A stretch of DNA of 57,920 bases from Patescibacteria group bacterium (GCA_018829965.1 JAHJTG010000013.1:1-57920); one strand, 5' to 3'; positions 14,751-22,820 are shown, counted from the stretch's first letter. Notes: generated by a model not told the origin, from the sequence alone. A program made the numbers and translations.

Positions 14751-16001
14751 ATGAAGCATGTATATTTTGATTATGCGGCGACAACGCCGGTTGATTCTCG
14801 CGTAAAAAAAGCGATGCTCCCTTATTTTTCAGAAAAATTCGGGAATACAATGTCTCTCCATAGTTTCGGCCAAGAGGCAAAATTAGTTTTAGAAAAGAGC
14901 AGGGAAACAGTGGCGGATTTAATTAGAGCTAAACCTGAAGAAATAATTTTTACCGGTTCGGCAACCGAAAGCAATAATTTGGCGTTAAAAGGCATAGCAT
15001 TTGCGAATCAGAATAAGGGGCATACCCGCCTGCATCGCTATGCCAGCCCGCATCGCTACGCCAGTCCGCAGCAGATACAGCGTTTCTGGCGGGCGAAGCG
15101 TTGCGGGCAGGTAATAATTTCTCCGATTGAACATCCTTGTATTATTGAAACTGCAAAATGGCTGCAAAAGCAGGGTTTTCAGATAACAAAACTAAAGGTT
15201 GATAAATACGGAATGGTTAATCCTTTAGCTCTTGAAAAAGAAATTAGGAAAGATACTATTTTAGTTTCTGTGATTCACGCCTCAAATGAAATCGGCACAA
15301 TCCAACCGATAGAAAAAATTGGAAAGATCTGTCGCAACAAGGGAGTATATTTCCACACAGATGCTGTTCAAAGCTTTGGAAAAATCCCCATTGATGTAAA
15401 TAAGATGAACATAGATTTGCTGACTGCAAGCTCTCATAAGATGTATGGTCCCAAGGGAGCTGCTTGTTTGTATATAAGAGAGGGTGTAAGAATAGAGCCG
15501 ATTTTGCACGGTGGAGGCCAAGAAAGAGGATTAAGGTCTTCAACTGTGAATATTCCTGCAATTGTCGGTTTTGCCAAGGCTTGTGAAATCTGCAAGAAGG
15601 AAATGGGGAAAGAAGCTCAAAGGTTGATTAAATTAAGAGATAAATTAATAAGGAATGTTTTAAAGATAAAAGGCAGTTATTTAAACGGTCATCCTCAAAA
15701 AAGATTGCCGAATAATGCTAATTTCCGTTTTGATTTCATAGAAGGGGAATCAATAATTTTACGATTGGATCTGCTCGGAATAGCTGTCTCAACCGGTTCT
15801 GCTTGTTCTTCAATAAAATTAGAGCCAAGTTCTGTTCTTTTAGCAACAGGCTTGAAGCCGGCAGAAGCTCATGGTTCTTTGCGCATTTCTTTGGGTCGCT
15901 GGACTACGGAAAAAGAAATCGATTATTTAATAAAAGTTTTGCCGGGAATAATAAATCAATTAAGAAAAATTTCACCGTTTAAGGTTATAAAATCCGCATA
16001 A
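14751..16001 (+). CDS. iscS: Cysteine desulfurase (IscS/NifS type)
   Basis: PLP-lysine motif SSHKMYGPKG and catalytic loop GSACSS. It contains a ~29-aa insert. Confidence 0.9.
   Translation: MKHVYFDYAATTPVDSRVKKAMLPYFSEKFGNTMSLHSFGQEAKLVLEKSRETVADLIRAKPEEIIFTGSATESNNLALKGIAFANQNKGHTRLHRYASPHRYASPQQIQRFWRAKRCGQVIISPIEHPCIIETAKWLQKQGFQITKLKVDKYGMVNPLALEKEIRKDTILVSVIHASNEIGTIQPIEKIGKICRNKGVYFHTDAVQSFGKIPIDVNKMNIDLLTASSHKMYGPKGAACLYIREGVRIEPILHGGGQERGLRSSTVNIPAIVGFAKACEICKKEMGKEAQRLIKLRDKLIRNVLKIKGSYLNGHPQKRLPNNANFRFDFIEGESIILRLDLLGIAVSTGSACSSIKLEPSSVLLATGLKPAEAHGSLRISLGRWTTEKEIDYLIKVLPGIINQLRKISPFKVIKSA
15024..15111 (-). repeat. GC-rich intragenic hairpin element, family GCI-1 (in iscS, inverted orientation)
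   Basis: ACCCGCCTGCATCGCTATGCCAGCCCGCATCGCTACGCCAGTCCGCAGCAGATACAGCGTTTCTGGCGGGCGAAGCGTTGCGGGCAGG is the reverse complement of the Nudix copy minus one 18-nt unit. Confidence 0.9.
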
Positions 16002-16087
16002 ATCAGTCGTATCAGCATAAATCAGCGGTCAATCATATTTAGTCATTTAGACATCATCCACTGATTTATACAGATTTCGGCGGATTA
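16002..16087. repeat. Intergenic element, degenerate relative of family A (ATCAGC/GCTGAT, GCGGATT words)
   Basis: AAATCAGTCGTATCAGCATAAATCAGCGG...CCACTGATTTATACAGATTTCGGCGGATT fills the whole iscS-iscU spacer. Confidence 0.55.
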
Positions 16088-16495
16088 ATGCCGATAAAAA
16101 TTATGTATTCAAAAAAAGTAATGGAGCATTTTCAAAAACCCCACAATTACGGGAGAATGAAAAATCCTGATGGGGTTGGTTGCGTTGGTAATCCTCAATG
16201 TGGAGATGTAATGAAACTATATATCAAAGTATGGAAGAATAAGAAAGGGGAAGAGATAATAAAAGATATATTATTCGAAACTTTTGGGTGTGCGGCCGCT
16301 ATAAGCACGAGCAGTGTTGTTACCGACTTAGCAAAAGGGAAAACATTAAAAGAAGCTTTGAAGATAGATAATAAAAAAATCGTTGAGTCATTAGGCGGCT
16401 TACCCTTGATAAAAATCCATTGTTCCGTGCTTGGCGCTGACGCTCTAAAAAAAGCAATTCAAGGTTATCAATCAAAGAAGAAAGATGATAAATAA
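16088..16495 (+). CDS. iscU: Fe-S cluster scaffold protein IscU/NifU-like
   Basis: Three conserved Cys (GNPQCGD, FGCAAAI, IHCSVL). Confidence 0.9.
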   Translation: MPIKIMYSKKVMEHFQKPHNYGRMKNPDGVGCVGNPQCGDVMKLYIKVWKNKKGEEIIKDILFETFGCAAAISTSSVVTDLAKGKTLKEALKIDNKKIVESLGGLPLIKIHCSVLGADALKKAIQGYQSKKKDDK

Positions 16496-17690
16496 AGAGA
16501 ATAAACCCCGCATCAGAACATTCGGTTCAGTACGGGGAAAGAAAGTAATAGTGGCGATGTCGGGAGGTGTTGATTCAAGCGTGGCGGCGGCTCTGTTGAA
16601 AAGAGATGGTTTTGATGTTGTTGGTGTACATCTCAAATTTTGGTCAGAAGGTAAGAGTAGCGCAGAAAATAGGTGTTGCACATTAGAGAGCGAAAAAAGA
16701 GCGAGAATAGTTGCCAAAAAATTAAATATTCCTTTTTATGTTTTTAACTTTGAAAAAGAATTTAAAAGAAAAGTAGTCGGGTATTTTTTAAAAGAATATA
16801 GGGCTGGCAGAACACCTAATCCATGTGTTGTTTGTAATAAAGAAATTAAATTCGGTTTATTGATAGAAAAAGCATTAAAATTAGGTGAGGATTTTGTGGC
16901 CACGGGACACTACGCCCGCCTCGGGCGGGAAATCCCAAATCCCAAATCTCAAACCCCAAACAAACCCAAAACCCAAAACCCAAAACCTATAAAACTTTTT
17001 AAAGCCAAAGATGAGAATAAAGACCAGTCGTATTTTTTATGGCAATTAAATCAAAGGCAATTAAATAGAGTTTTATTTCCCATAGGCAATTATACTAAGC
17101 CTCAAGTTCGCGCTTTGGCTAAAAAGTTTAAATTACCGGTTGCCGAGACCCCGGAATCTCAAGAGGTTTGTTTTATCAAGAATAAGACAAATGATTTTCT
17201 CAAAAAATATATTAAAATAAAAATAGGTGAGATAAGGGATAAACAAGGTAGGTTGTTAGGTGAGCATCAAGGTTTATGTTTTTATACTATCGGTCAAAGA
17301 AAAGGAATCGGTTTACCCGGCGGTCCATATTATGTTTTAGATAAAGATATTAAAAAGAACATTTTAGTTGTTACGCAGGACGAAAAAGATCTATTAAGGA
17401 AAGATTTGATTGTTGGAAATGTAAACTGGATTTCTGGTAAAAAACCCCGCCTTCGCGAAGGCTATAGCGGGCAGGCGAAAATGCCGATTAAAGTAATGGC
17501 GAAGATAAGGTATAGGAATAAAGGCGCGTCAGCTGTCATTAAAAAAGCCGCCGTAGGCGAGCCTCGCCAAGGGCGGGAAAACAGAAAGATAAAAGTAATT
17601 TTTTCAAAGCCGCAGAGAGCAATCACTTCAGGCCAGTCAGCGGTCTTTTACCGAGGAGGCGAATTGCTGGGAGGTGGAGTAATAGAATAA
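16485..17690 (+). CDS. mnmA: tRNA 2-thiouridine(34) synthase MnmA
   Basis: PP-loop VAMSGGVDSSV plus CCTLE, TGHYAR and KDQSYFL motifs. It carries three repeat-derived inserts. Confidence 0.9.
   Translation: MINKENKPRIRTFGSVRGKKVIVAMSGGVDSSVAAALLKRDGFDVVGVHLKFWSEGKSSAENRCCTLESEKRARIVAKKLNIPFYVFNFEKEFKRKVVGYFLKEYRAGRTPNPCVVCNKEIKFGLLIEKALKLGEDFVATGHYARLGREIPNPKSQTPNKPKTQNPKPIKLFKAKDENKDQSYFLWQLNQRQLNRVLFPIGNYTKPQVRALAKKFKLPVAETPESQEVCFIKNKTNDFLKKYIKIKIGEIRDKQGRLLGEHQGLCFYTIGQRKGIGLPGGPYYVLDKDIKKNILVVTQDEKDLLRKDLIVGNVNWISGKKPRLREGYSGQAKMPIKVMAKIRYRNKGASAVIKKAAVGEPRQGRENRKIKVIFSKPQRAITSGQSAVFYRGGELLGGGVIE
16913..16990 (+). repeat. Composite in-frame insert in mnmA: GC hairpin plus family-B-like CCCAAA(T/A)C tract
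   Basis: CCCGCC-TCG-GGCGGG, then AAATCCCAAATCCCAAATCTCAAACCCCAAACAAACCCAAAACCCAAAACCCAAAACC, translated GREIPNPKSQTPNKPKTQNPKP between HYAR and KLFKAKDENKDQSYFL. Confidence 0.8.
17445..17475 (+). repeat. Short GC element family GCI-3 (in mnmA)
   Basis: CCCCGCCTTCGCGAAGGCTATAGCGGGCAGG. Related to 28046-28075 and 47874-47900. Confidence 0.65.
17547..17577 (+). repeat. Short GC element family GCI-4 (in mnmA)
   Basis: GCCGCCGTAGGCGAGCCTCGCCAAGGGCGGG. It shares GGCGAG-S-CTCGCC...GGGCGG with the rplF insert. Confidence 0.6.
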
Positions 17691-17737
17691 TTAAAGAAGT
17701 TTTAAAATAAATTAAGGTCGTGGTAAAATAATAGGCA

Positions 17738-18883
17738 ATGAAAAAGATTCTCTTATTTCTCATCTTGTTTGCTACTCTTTCAAGCTTTATTGTAAAAGCT
17801 GATTTTGTTTCTGCTCAACAAGTAAGGCCAGAAATTACTTTATTCTATAGTTCTACTTGTCCAAATTGCGTTAAAGAAGAAGAATTTCTTAAAGATTTAA
17901 TAATAAGATATCCGGAGATAGACTTGAAAGAATATGAGGTGATGCAAAGTCAGGATAACCAAAAACTTTTAGGAGAATTTTATCAGAAATACAATGTACC
18001 TAAAAACGAACAAGGATTTGTTCCAGCTACATTCACAGCAGCTAGGTATTTTATTGGTTTTAACGAGCAAATAGGAAAAGATATAGAAAATTGTTTAGAA
18101 GAATGTATCGGGCATGGGTCCGTTATTTACCAACAGAAGGTTAAAGTTCCTTTTTTTGGAGAAATTGATTTAGCGAGATTATCTTTACCGACTCTAACAA
18201 TAGTTTTAGGAACTTTAGATGGTTTTAATCCCTGCGCAATGTGGGTTTTGGTAATTTTAGTCTCGCTTTTGCTTTCTTTAAAATCGCGGAAAAAAATAGC
18301 GCTAGTCGGAGGAACGTTTATTTTTGCAGAAGGACTCCTGTACTTTTTATTCATGGCTGCCTGGCTGAACGCTTTCATAGCCTTAAGCTATACTTATTTG
18401 GTCAGGATTCTGGTCGGTATTTTCGGCATTATATTCGGTGTTTGGAGGATAAGAGATTTCATTAATTGGAAGCCGGGGGTTTGCAAGGTTGTAAAAAACG
18501 TTAAATCTCAGGCAAAGTTAATGGATAAAATTAAAAATGTTTTAAAACCATCAGCAGTACCTGCTACGATTTTAGGGGTAGTTGGATTGGCTTTCAGCGT
18601 AAATTTAGTTGAATTTTTCTGTTCAGCTGGTTTCCCGACAATATACACAAGGATTTTATCTTTGCAGGGATTGAGCTCTCTACAATATTATCTTTGGCTA
18701 GTTTTCTACAACATTTTCTATATGCTGGACGACTTCATAGTTTTCGGGGTAGCTTTCTTTACGATGAGTCGGTATAATTTTTCAGATAAATATAATCGCT
18801 GGTCAACTTTAATAGCCGGTCTTTTGATATTAATTTTGGGAATTTTACTGATATTAAGGCCGGAGCTGTTAATGTTTGCATAA
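17738..18883 (+). CDS. Secreted thioredoxin-fold domain fused to a DsbD/CcdA-like membrane domain
   Basis: Signal peptide, CPNC motif, then multi-TM region with DGFNPCAMWVL. Confidence 0.6.
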   Translation: MKKILLFLILFATLSSFIVKADFVSAQQVRPEITLFYSSTCPNCVKEEEFLKDLIIRYPEIDLKEYEVMQSQDNQKLLGEFYQKYNVPKNEQGFVPATFTAARYFIGFNEQIGKDIENCLEECIGHGSVIYQQKVKVPFFGEIDLARLSLPTLTIVLGTLDGFNPCAMWVLVILVSLLLSLKSRKKIALVGGTFIFAEGLLYFLFMAAWLNAFIALSYTYLVRILVGIFGIIFGVWRIRDFINWKPGVCKVVKNVKSQAKLMDKIKNVLKPSAVPATILGVVGLAFSVNLVEFFCSAGFPTIYTRILSLQGLSSLQYYLWLVFYNIFYMLDDFIVFGVAFFTMSRYNFSDKYNRWSTLIAGLLILILGILLILRPELLMFA

Positions 18884-18926
18884 ATAGTGGTAGAATTAAA
18901 TTAATAATAATTAATATTTAAATAAT

Positions 18927-19073
18927 ATGCCCAGTAATACAATCCCCAGTAGTTTTTTGCCAAACGGGAAAGGAGCGAAAAACTATCGAAGGATGTGTCT
19001 GGGCTTAAACAATCAATACCATCGCTAACGCAAAAAACAGCGTTTGGTTCTGGGGATTGATATACTGGGTATG
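18927..19073 (+). repeat. Element K, copy 2: structured leader whose closing helix contains the SDR start codon
   Basis: ATGCCCAGTAATACAATCCCCAG pairs with CTGGGGATTGATATACTGGGTATG. The inner helix is GCCAAACG/CGTTTGGT. Compensatory changes relative to copy 1. Confidence 0.8.
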
Positions 19074-19913
19074 TTTTTAAGAAAAGCCCTAAGACACAAT
19101 TTTTGTAATTTAGTAGACAAGGTAGCAATTATAACCGGAGCCAAGCAGGGGATGGGGAAAGCCCATGCTTTAAAATTAGCTAAAGCGGGAGCTAATGTAG
19201 TAGTTTCTGATATCTCTCAAGAGGAATGCCAAATTGTTGTAGATGAAATAAAAAAAGCCGGCGGTAAGGCCATAGCAGTAAAATGCGATATAAGCAATAA
19301 AACAGAAGTTGAGCAATTAGTTAAAAAAACAGTTGAAACTTTTGGTAAATTAGATATTTTAGTAAATAACGCTGGTATTTGTCCCTTCAAGCCATTTTTA
19401 GAAATGACCGAGGAAGAATTCAGCAAGGTGATAGATATAAACCTTAAGGGATACTTTTTATGCGCCCAAACAGCAGCCAAAGAAATGTCCCGACCCCGAC
19501 CTGTCGTGGGTCGCGGATCCTCGACGGCTTCGCCGTCGGGAGCAAAATCTGGCGGAGCGATTGTTAATATCGCTTCAATTGCAATGGGGCAGGTGGGAGT
19601 TGGGTTTCAGGGTTTAACGCATTATTGCGCTTCAAAGGGCGGTATTGTAGCTATGGCAGAAGCAATGTCTTTAGAGCTGGCCCCGCTTGGCATAAGAGTA
19701 AACACAATTGCTCCGGGAGCGATTGATACTCCGATGGCGGCTTCAGTAAAGCAGGATATGAAAACCTTAGAAGCGACCTTATCGGGTATTCCTTTGGGCA
19801 GAATGGGCAATCCAGAAGAAATTTCCAACGCAGTTCTATTTTTAGCTTCAGATGAGTCTTCATATATTACAGGTTCAGTTGTTGTAGTTGATGGAGGTTG
19901 GCTTGCCGGTTAA
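19071..19913 (+). CDS. Short-chain dehydrogenase/reductase (FabG-like)
   Basis: TGAKQGMG, NNAG and YCASKGG motifs. Start moved to ATG 19071. It carries a ~19-aa GC insert. Confidence 0.85.
   Translation: MFLRKALRHNFCNLVDKVAIITGAKQGMGKAHALKLAKAGANVVVSDISQEECQIVVDEIKKAGGKAIAVKCDISNKTEVEQLVKKTVETFGKLDILVNNAGICPFKPFLEMTEEEFSKVIDINLKGYFLCAQTAAKEMSRPRPVVGRGSSTASPSGAKSGGAIVNIASIAMGQVGVGFQGLTHYCASKGGIVAMAEAMSLELAPLGIRVNTIAPGAIDTPMAASVKQDMKTLEATLSGIPLGRMGNPEEISNAVLFLASDESSYITGSVVVVDGGWLAG
19487..19543 (+). repeat. GC-rich intragenic element family GCI-2 (in the SDR gene)
   Basis: GTCCCGACCCCGACCTGTCGTGGGTCGCGGATCCTCGACGGCTTCGCCGTCGGGAGC (57 nt = 19 codons), with hairpin CGACGGC-TTC-GCCGTCG. Confidence 0.75.
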
Positions 19914-19934
19914 ATATTTGACTTAAAACATGTA

Positions 19935-19960
19935 TTAAAGTAGGATAAACCTACTTTTAA
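19935..19960 (+). terminator. Terminator-like hairpin
   Basis: AAAGTAGG-ATAAA-CCTACTTT followed by TAATAAAAAA. Confidence 0.45.
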
Positions 19961-19996
19961 TAAAAAACATAATCAAGGTCGAGCTCTTAAAATAAA

Positions 19997-20061
19997 CCTT
20001 ACGAATTACAAATCAAACCGAATTACGAATTCGTAATTCGAAAATATTCGTAATTCGTAGG
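19997..20061. repeat. Intergenic palindromic element family D (ACGAATTACGAAT / ATTCGTAATTCG), copy 1
   Basis: CCTTACGAATTACAAATCAAACCGAATTACGAATTCGTAATTCGAAAATATTCGTAATTCGTAGG. Confidence 0.8.
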
Positions 20062-20074
20062 AAATTAGGAAATT

Positions 20075-20236
20075 ATGACAGAAGCATACTGCGTAAAATG
20101 TAAAGCCAAAAGAGAAATGAAAGACGAAAAAGAAGTTTCTTTTAATGCAAAAGGAGGCAAAAAGAGAAACGCTATGTCAGGTATATGCCCAACTTGCGGA
20201 ACCAAGATGTTTAGAATTTTGGGTAATAAGAAATAA
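20075..20236 (+). CDS. 53-aa zinc-ribbon protein (DUF5679-like)
   Basis: MTEAYCVKCKAKREM...GICPTCGTKMFRILGNKK with two CxxC pairs, AGGA 7 nt upstream, and a strong terminator downstream. Not in the ORF track (<60 aa). Confidence 0.6.
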   Translation: MTEAYCVKCKAKREMKDEKEVSFNAKGGKKRNAMSGICPTCGTKMFRILGNKK

Positions 20237-20252
20237 AACCAAAAAGAATCTC

Positions 20253-20295
20253 GCAAACGCCCCGACCCGTAGGGAACTCGGGGCGTTTGCTTATT
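20253..20295 (+). terminator. Rho-independent terminator
   Basis: GCAAACGCCCCGA-loop-TCGGGGCGTTTGC followed by TTATT. Confidence 0.7.
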
Positions 20296-20301
20296 CAAAA
20301 A

Positions 20302-21168
20302 ATGAAGTATTCTAAAAACAAAGTCGTTTTTATATTTGTCAGTTCGTTGTTTTTATTAAATATTTTTGCTTGGCAAATAGTTTGGGATTTATCTCAAAGC
20401 CGTGATTTAATGGTGGATTTTCTAAATATTGGGCAAGGAGATTCTATTTTTATTGAAACTCCCTGGAATCAACAGATATTAATTGACGGCGGTCCCGATT
20501 CTAAAATTTTAGAGAAATTAGGCAAAGAAATGCCTTTTTACGATAAAACAATTGATTTAATAATTTTAACTCATCCTGAAAAAGACCATTTGGCCGGATT
20601 ATTAGAGGTTTTAAAAAGATATAAAGTTAAAAATATTTTATGGACTGGTGTTGTAAGGGATACAGTTGAATGGCAGGAGTGGGTTAATTTAATTAAAAAA
20701 GAAAAAGCAGAAATTAAAATAGCAAAAATAGGGGCTCGGATTATTTTTAAAAAAGAAAACCCCCAGATTTTTATTGATATTTTAAATCCAGTAGATAGTT
20801 TAAATGGCAAAGAATTAAAAGACAGCAACGATAGTTCCATAGTTGCTTATTTAACAATTGGAAAAAATTCCTTTTTGTTCACCGGTGATATAGGTTTTGC
20901 AGTTGAAAAACAATTAGCAAAAGAAGATATTAACGCGGATGTTTTAAAGATAGCTCATCACGGAAGTAAATATTCCAGTTCGGAAGATTTTCTAAAAGCT
21001 GTTTTGCCGAAATTTGCAATAATTGAAGTTGGAGAAAATAATTATGGGCATCCGACTAACGAGGTCTTGGCAAGATTAAGTAATTTTGGTATAGAAACAT
21101 TAAGAACAGATAAAGACGGAGATATCAAAGTCTTTTCTGACGGAGAGAGTGTTAGTATAAAAAAATAG
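20302..21168 (+). CDS. MBL-fold metallo-hydrolase (ComEC C-terminal-domain-like), membrane anchored
   Basis: LTHPEKDH and IAHHGS motifs. Start moved to ATG 20302, since the TTG at 20287 lies in the terminator. Confidence 0.75.
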   Translation: MKYSKNKVVFIFVSSLFLLNIFAWQIVWDLSQSRDLMVDFLNIGQGDSIFIETPWNQQILIDGGPDSKILEKLGKEMPFYDKTIDLIILTHPEKDHLAGLLEVLKRYKVKNILWTGVVRDTVEWQEWVNLIKKEKAEIKIAKIGARIIFKKENPQIFIDILNPVDSLNGKELKDSNDSSIVAYLTIGKNSFLFTGDIGFAVEKQLAKEDINADVLKIAHHGSKYSSSEDFLKAVLPKFAIIEVGENNYGHPTNEVLARLSNFGIETLRTDKDGDIKVFSDGESVSIKK

Positions 21169-21173
21169 ACTAA

Positions 21174-21310
21174 AATTCTAAGCACTAAACTCTAAATCCT
21201 AAACAAATTCAAATGTTTCAAATTCCAAATTCCAAACGACGACGGGTTTGTGATTTATAGTATTGTGATTTGGGATTTATTTAGAATTTAGAAATTAGGA
21301 TTTAGAATTT
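21174..21310. repeat. Intergenic palindromic element family B, copy 2
   Basis: TTCTAAGCACTAAACTCTAAATCCTAAAC...TTTAGAATTTAGAAATTAGGATTTAGAATTTC. It ends 4 nt before ATG 21315. Confidence 0.75.
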
Positions 21311-21314
21311 CATT

Positions 21315-22385
21315 ATGAAGGATATTAATTTTCCGATATTCAAAACAAAAAGCGATACATACAAAAAATTTGACTTAACCAATTTTGACCAAAGACAGGC
21401 GTATTTTGAATACAAGACAGGAGAAGAAATAAAAAAACTTAGAGAATATTTAAAGAAGAATACTTTTGTGGTTTACCTTTTAGGGAAAAAAGGTTCTGGG
21501 AAAGGGACTTATTCAAAAATGCTGAAAGAGGTGATTGCTCCGGATAAAATAGCCCATTTTTCTATTGGAGATATGGTGAGGTCCTTTGATGAAATTATAG
21601 GAGATGAAAAGAAAAAAAAAGAATTAATTTCTTTCTTGGAAAAAGAATACAGGGGATTTGTGCCGTTACAGGATATAATCAAATCATTAGAAAATAGAAG
21701 CACGAAAACTCTTTTGCCGACTGAATTAATTTTGGCATTGGTAAAAAGAGAAATTCAAAAATTGGGCAAGAAAGCAATTTTTATTGACGGATTTCCGAGA
21801 GACCTAGATCAGATTTCCTACTCCCTATTTTTTAGAGATTTGATAGGATATAGAGATGACCAGGATATTTTTGTGCTTATTGATGTTCCGACTTCGGTTA
21901 TTGACGAAAGGATAAAATTTAGAGTAATTTGCCCTCTTTGCCAAACTTCAAGAAGCTTGAAGCTTTTGCCTACAAAAAAAGTTGAATACGACAAGGAAAA
22001 TAAAAAGTTTTATCTCGTCTGCGACAATCCTGATTGCAGCGGGGCAAAAATGGTTACGAAAGAGGGAGATGAATTAGGGATAGGACCGATTAAAGAAAGG
22101 TTAAGCAAGGACGAAATTTTAATAAAACAGGCATTTTCATTAAACGGAATACCAAAAATTCTTTTAAGAAATTCTATTCCAATTGATAAAGCAAAAGAAT
22201 TTGTTGACGATTATGAAATTACTCCGGAATATTGCTATGCTTTTAATGAAAAAGAAGACAAAGTTGAAGTAATAGAAAAGCCATGGCAGGTCTTAAATGA
22301 TGAAGGGGTTGCTTCAAACAGCTTAATGCCTCCACCGGTAGTAGTTTCTTTAATAAAGCAATTAGTAAAAATTCTTAATATTTAA
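21315..22385 (+). CDS. Long adenylate-kinase-like NMP kinase paralog with a zinc-knuckle lid
   Basis: P-loop LLGKKGSGKGT plus CPLC...CDNPDC. 356 aa, against the canonical adk at 55878. Confidence 0.55.
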   Translation: MKDINFPIFKTKSDTYKKFDLTNFDQRQAYFEYKTGEEIKKLREYLKKNTFVVYLLGKKGSGKGTYSKMLKEVIAPDKIAHFSIGDMVRSFDEIIGDEKKKKELISFLEKEYRGFVPLQDIIKSLENRSTKTLLPTELILALVKREIQKLGKKAIFIDGFPRDLDQISYSLFFRDLIGYRDDQDIFVLIDVPTSVIDERIKFRVICPLCQTSRSLKLLPTKKVEYDKENKKFYLVCDNPDCSGAKMVTKEGDELGIGPIKERLSKDEILIKQAFSLNGIPKILLRNSIPIDKAKEFVDDYEITPEYCYAFNEKEDKVEVIEKPWQVLNDEGVASNSLMPPPVVVSLIKQLVKILNI

Positions 22386-22386
22386 T

Positions 22387-22414
22387 TTGACTTACTTTTT
22401 TTAAGAGTTAAAAT
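22387..22414 (+). promoter_or_regulatory. Promoter candidate TTGACT-16-TAAAAT
   Basis: Hexamers at 22387-22392 and 22409-22414. It would drive a ~165-nt non-coding transcript ending at terminator 22556-22586. Confidence 0.35.
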
Positions 22415-22555
22415 TAAAGTAGTCCTGCTTTTTCTATATTAAAATTTCTAACAAACCTTTTTTAAAGGAGTTCAATATTTATTCAGGCTGTGGTCTGAAT
22501 GTGAGAGCACCTACTTTGATTTTTTTAGAAAATCAATAGAGAAAGGCACGACACC

Positions 22556-22586
22556 AAAAAAGCGACGCTTCACGTCGCTTTTTTAG
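22556..22586 (+). terminator. Rho-independent terminator
   Basis: AAAAA-AGCGACG-CTTCA-CGTCGCT-TTTTTT. Confidence 0.7.
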
Positions 22587-22636
22587 TTTTCTTTGATTAG
22601 TATCTCAAATTATTATAAAATAAAAATAGCTGTTCT

Positions 22637-22808
22637 CAACACCCGGTGTTGTTAAATCAATTAAATCAACACCCGGTGTTGAACACCCGTGTTGTATAAA
22701 ATATTTGTAAAAAAGTACACAAAAGTAAAACAATAAAACAATTAGAACACTTCGCATTAACGGAACACTAACGGAACACCCGGTGTTCCGTTAATAAACG
22801 GTGTTCTA
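22637..22808 (+). repeat. REP-like cluster (left of the RAYT gene)
   Basis: CAACACCCGGTGTTG at 22637 and 22667, CGGAACACCCGGTGTTCCG at 22782, and degenerate half-sites between them. Confidence 0.85.
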
Positions 22809-22820
22809 TTAATAAATTAT

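Noticed and set aside
20065-20298. 77-aa minus-strand ORF.
   Set aside because: The plus strand here encodes a 53-aa double-CxxC zinc-ribbon protein with an RBS and a strong terminator. The minus ORF runs through that terminator.
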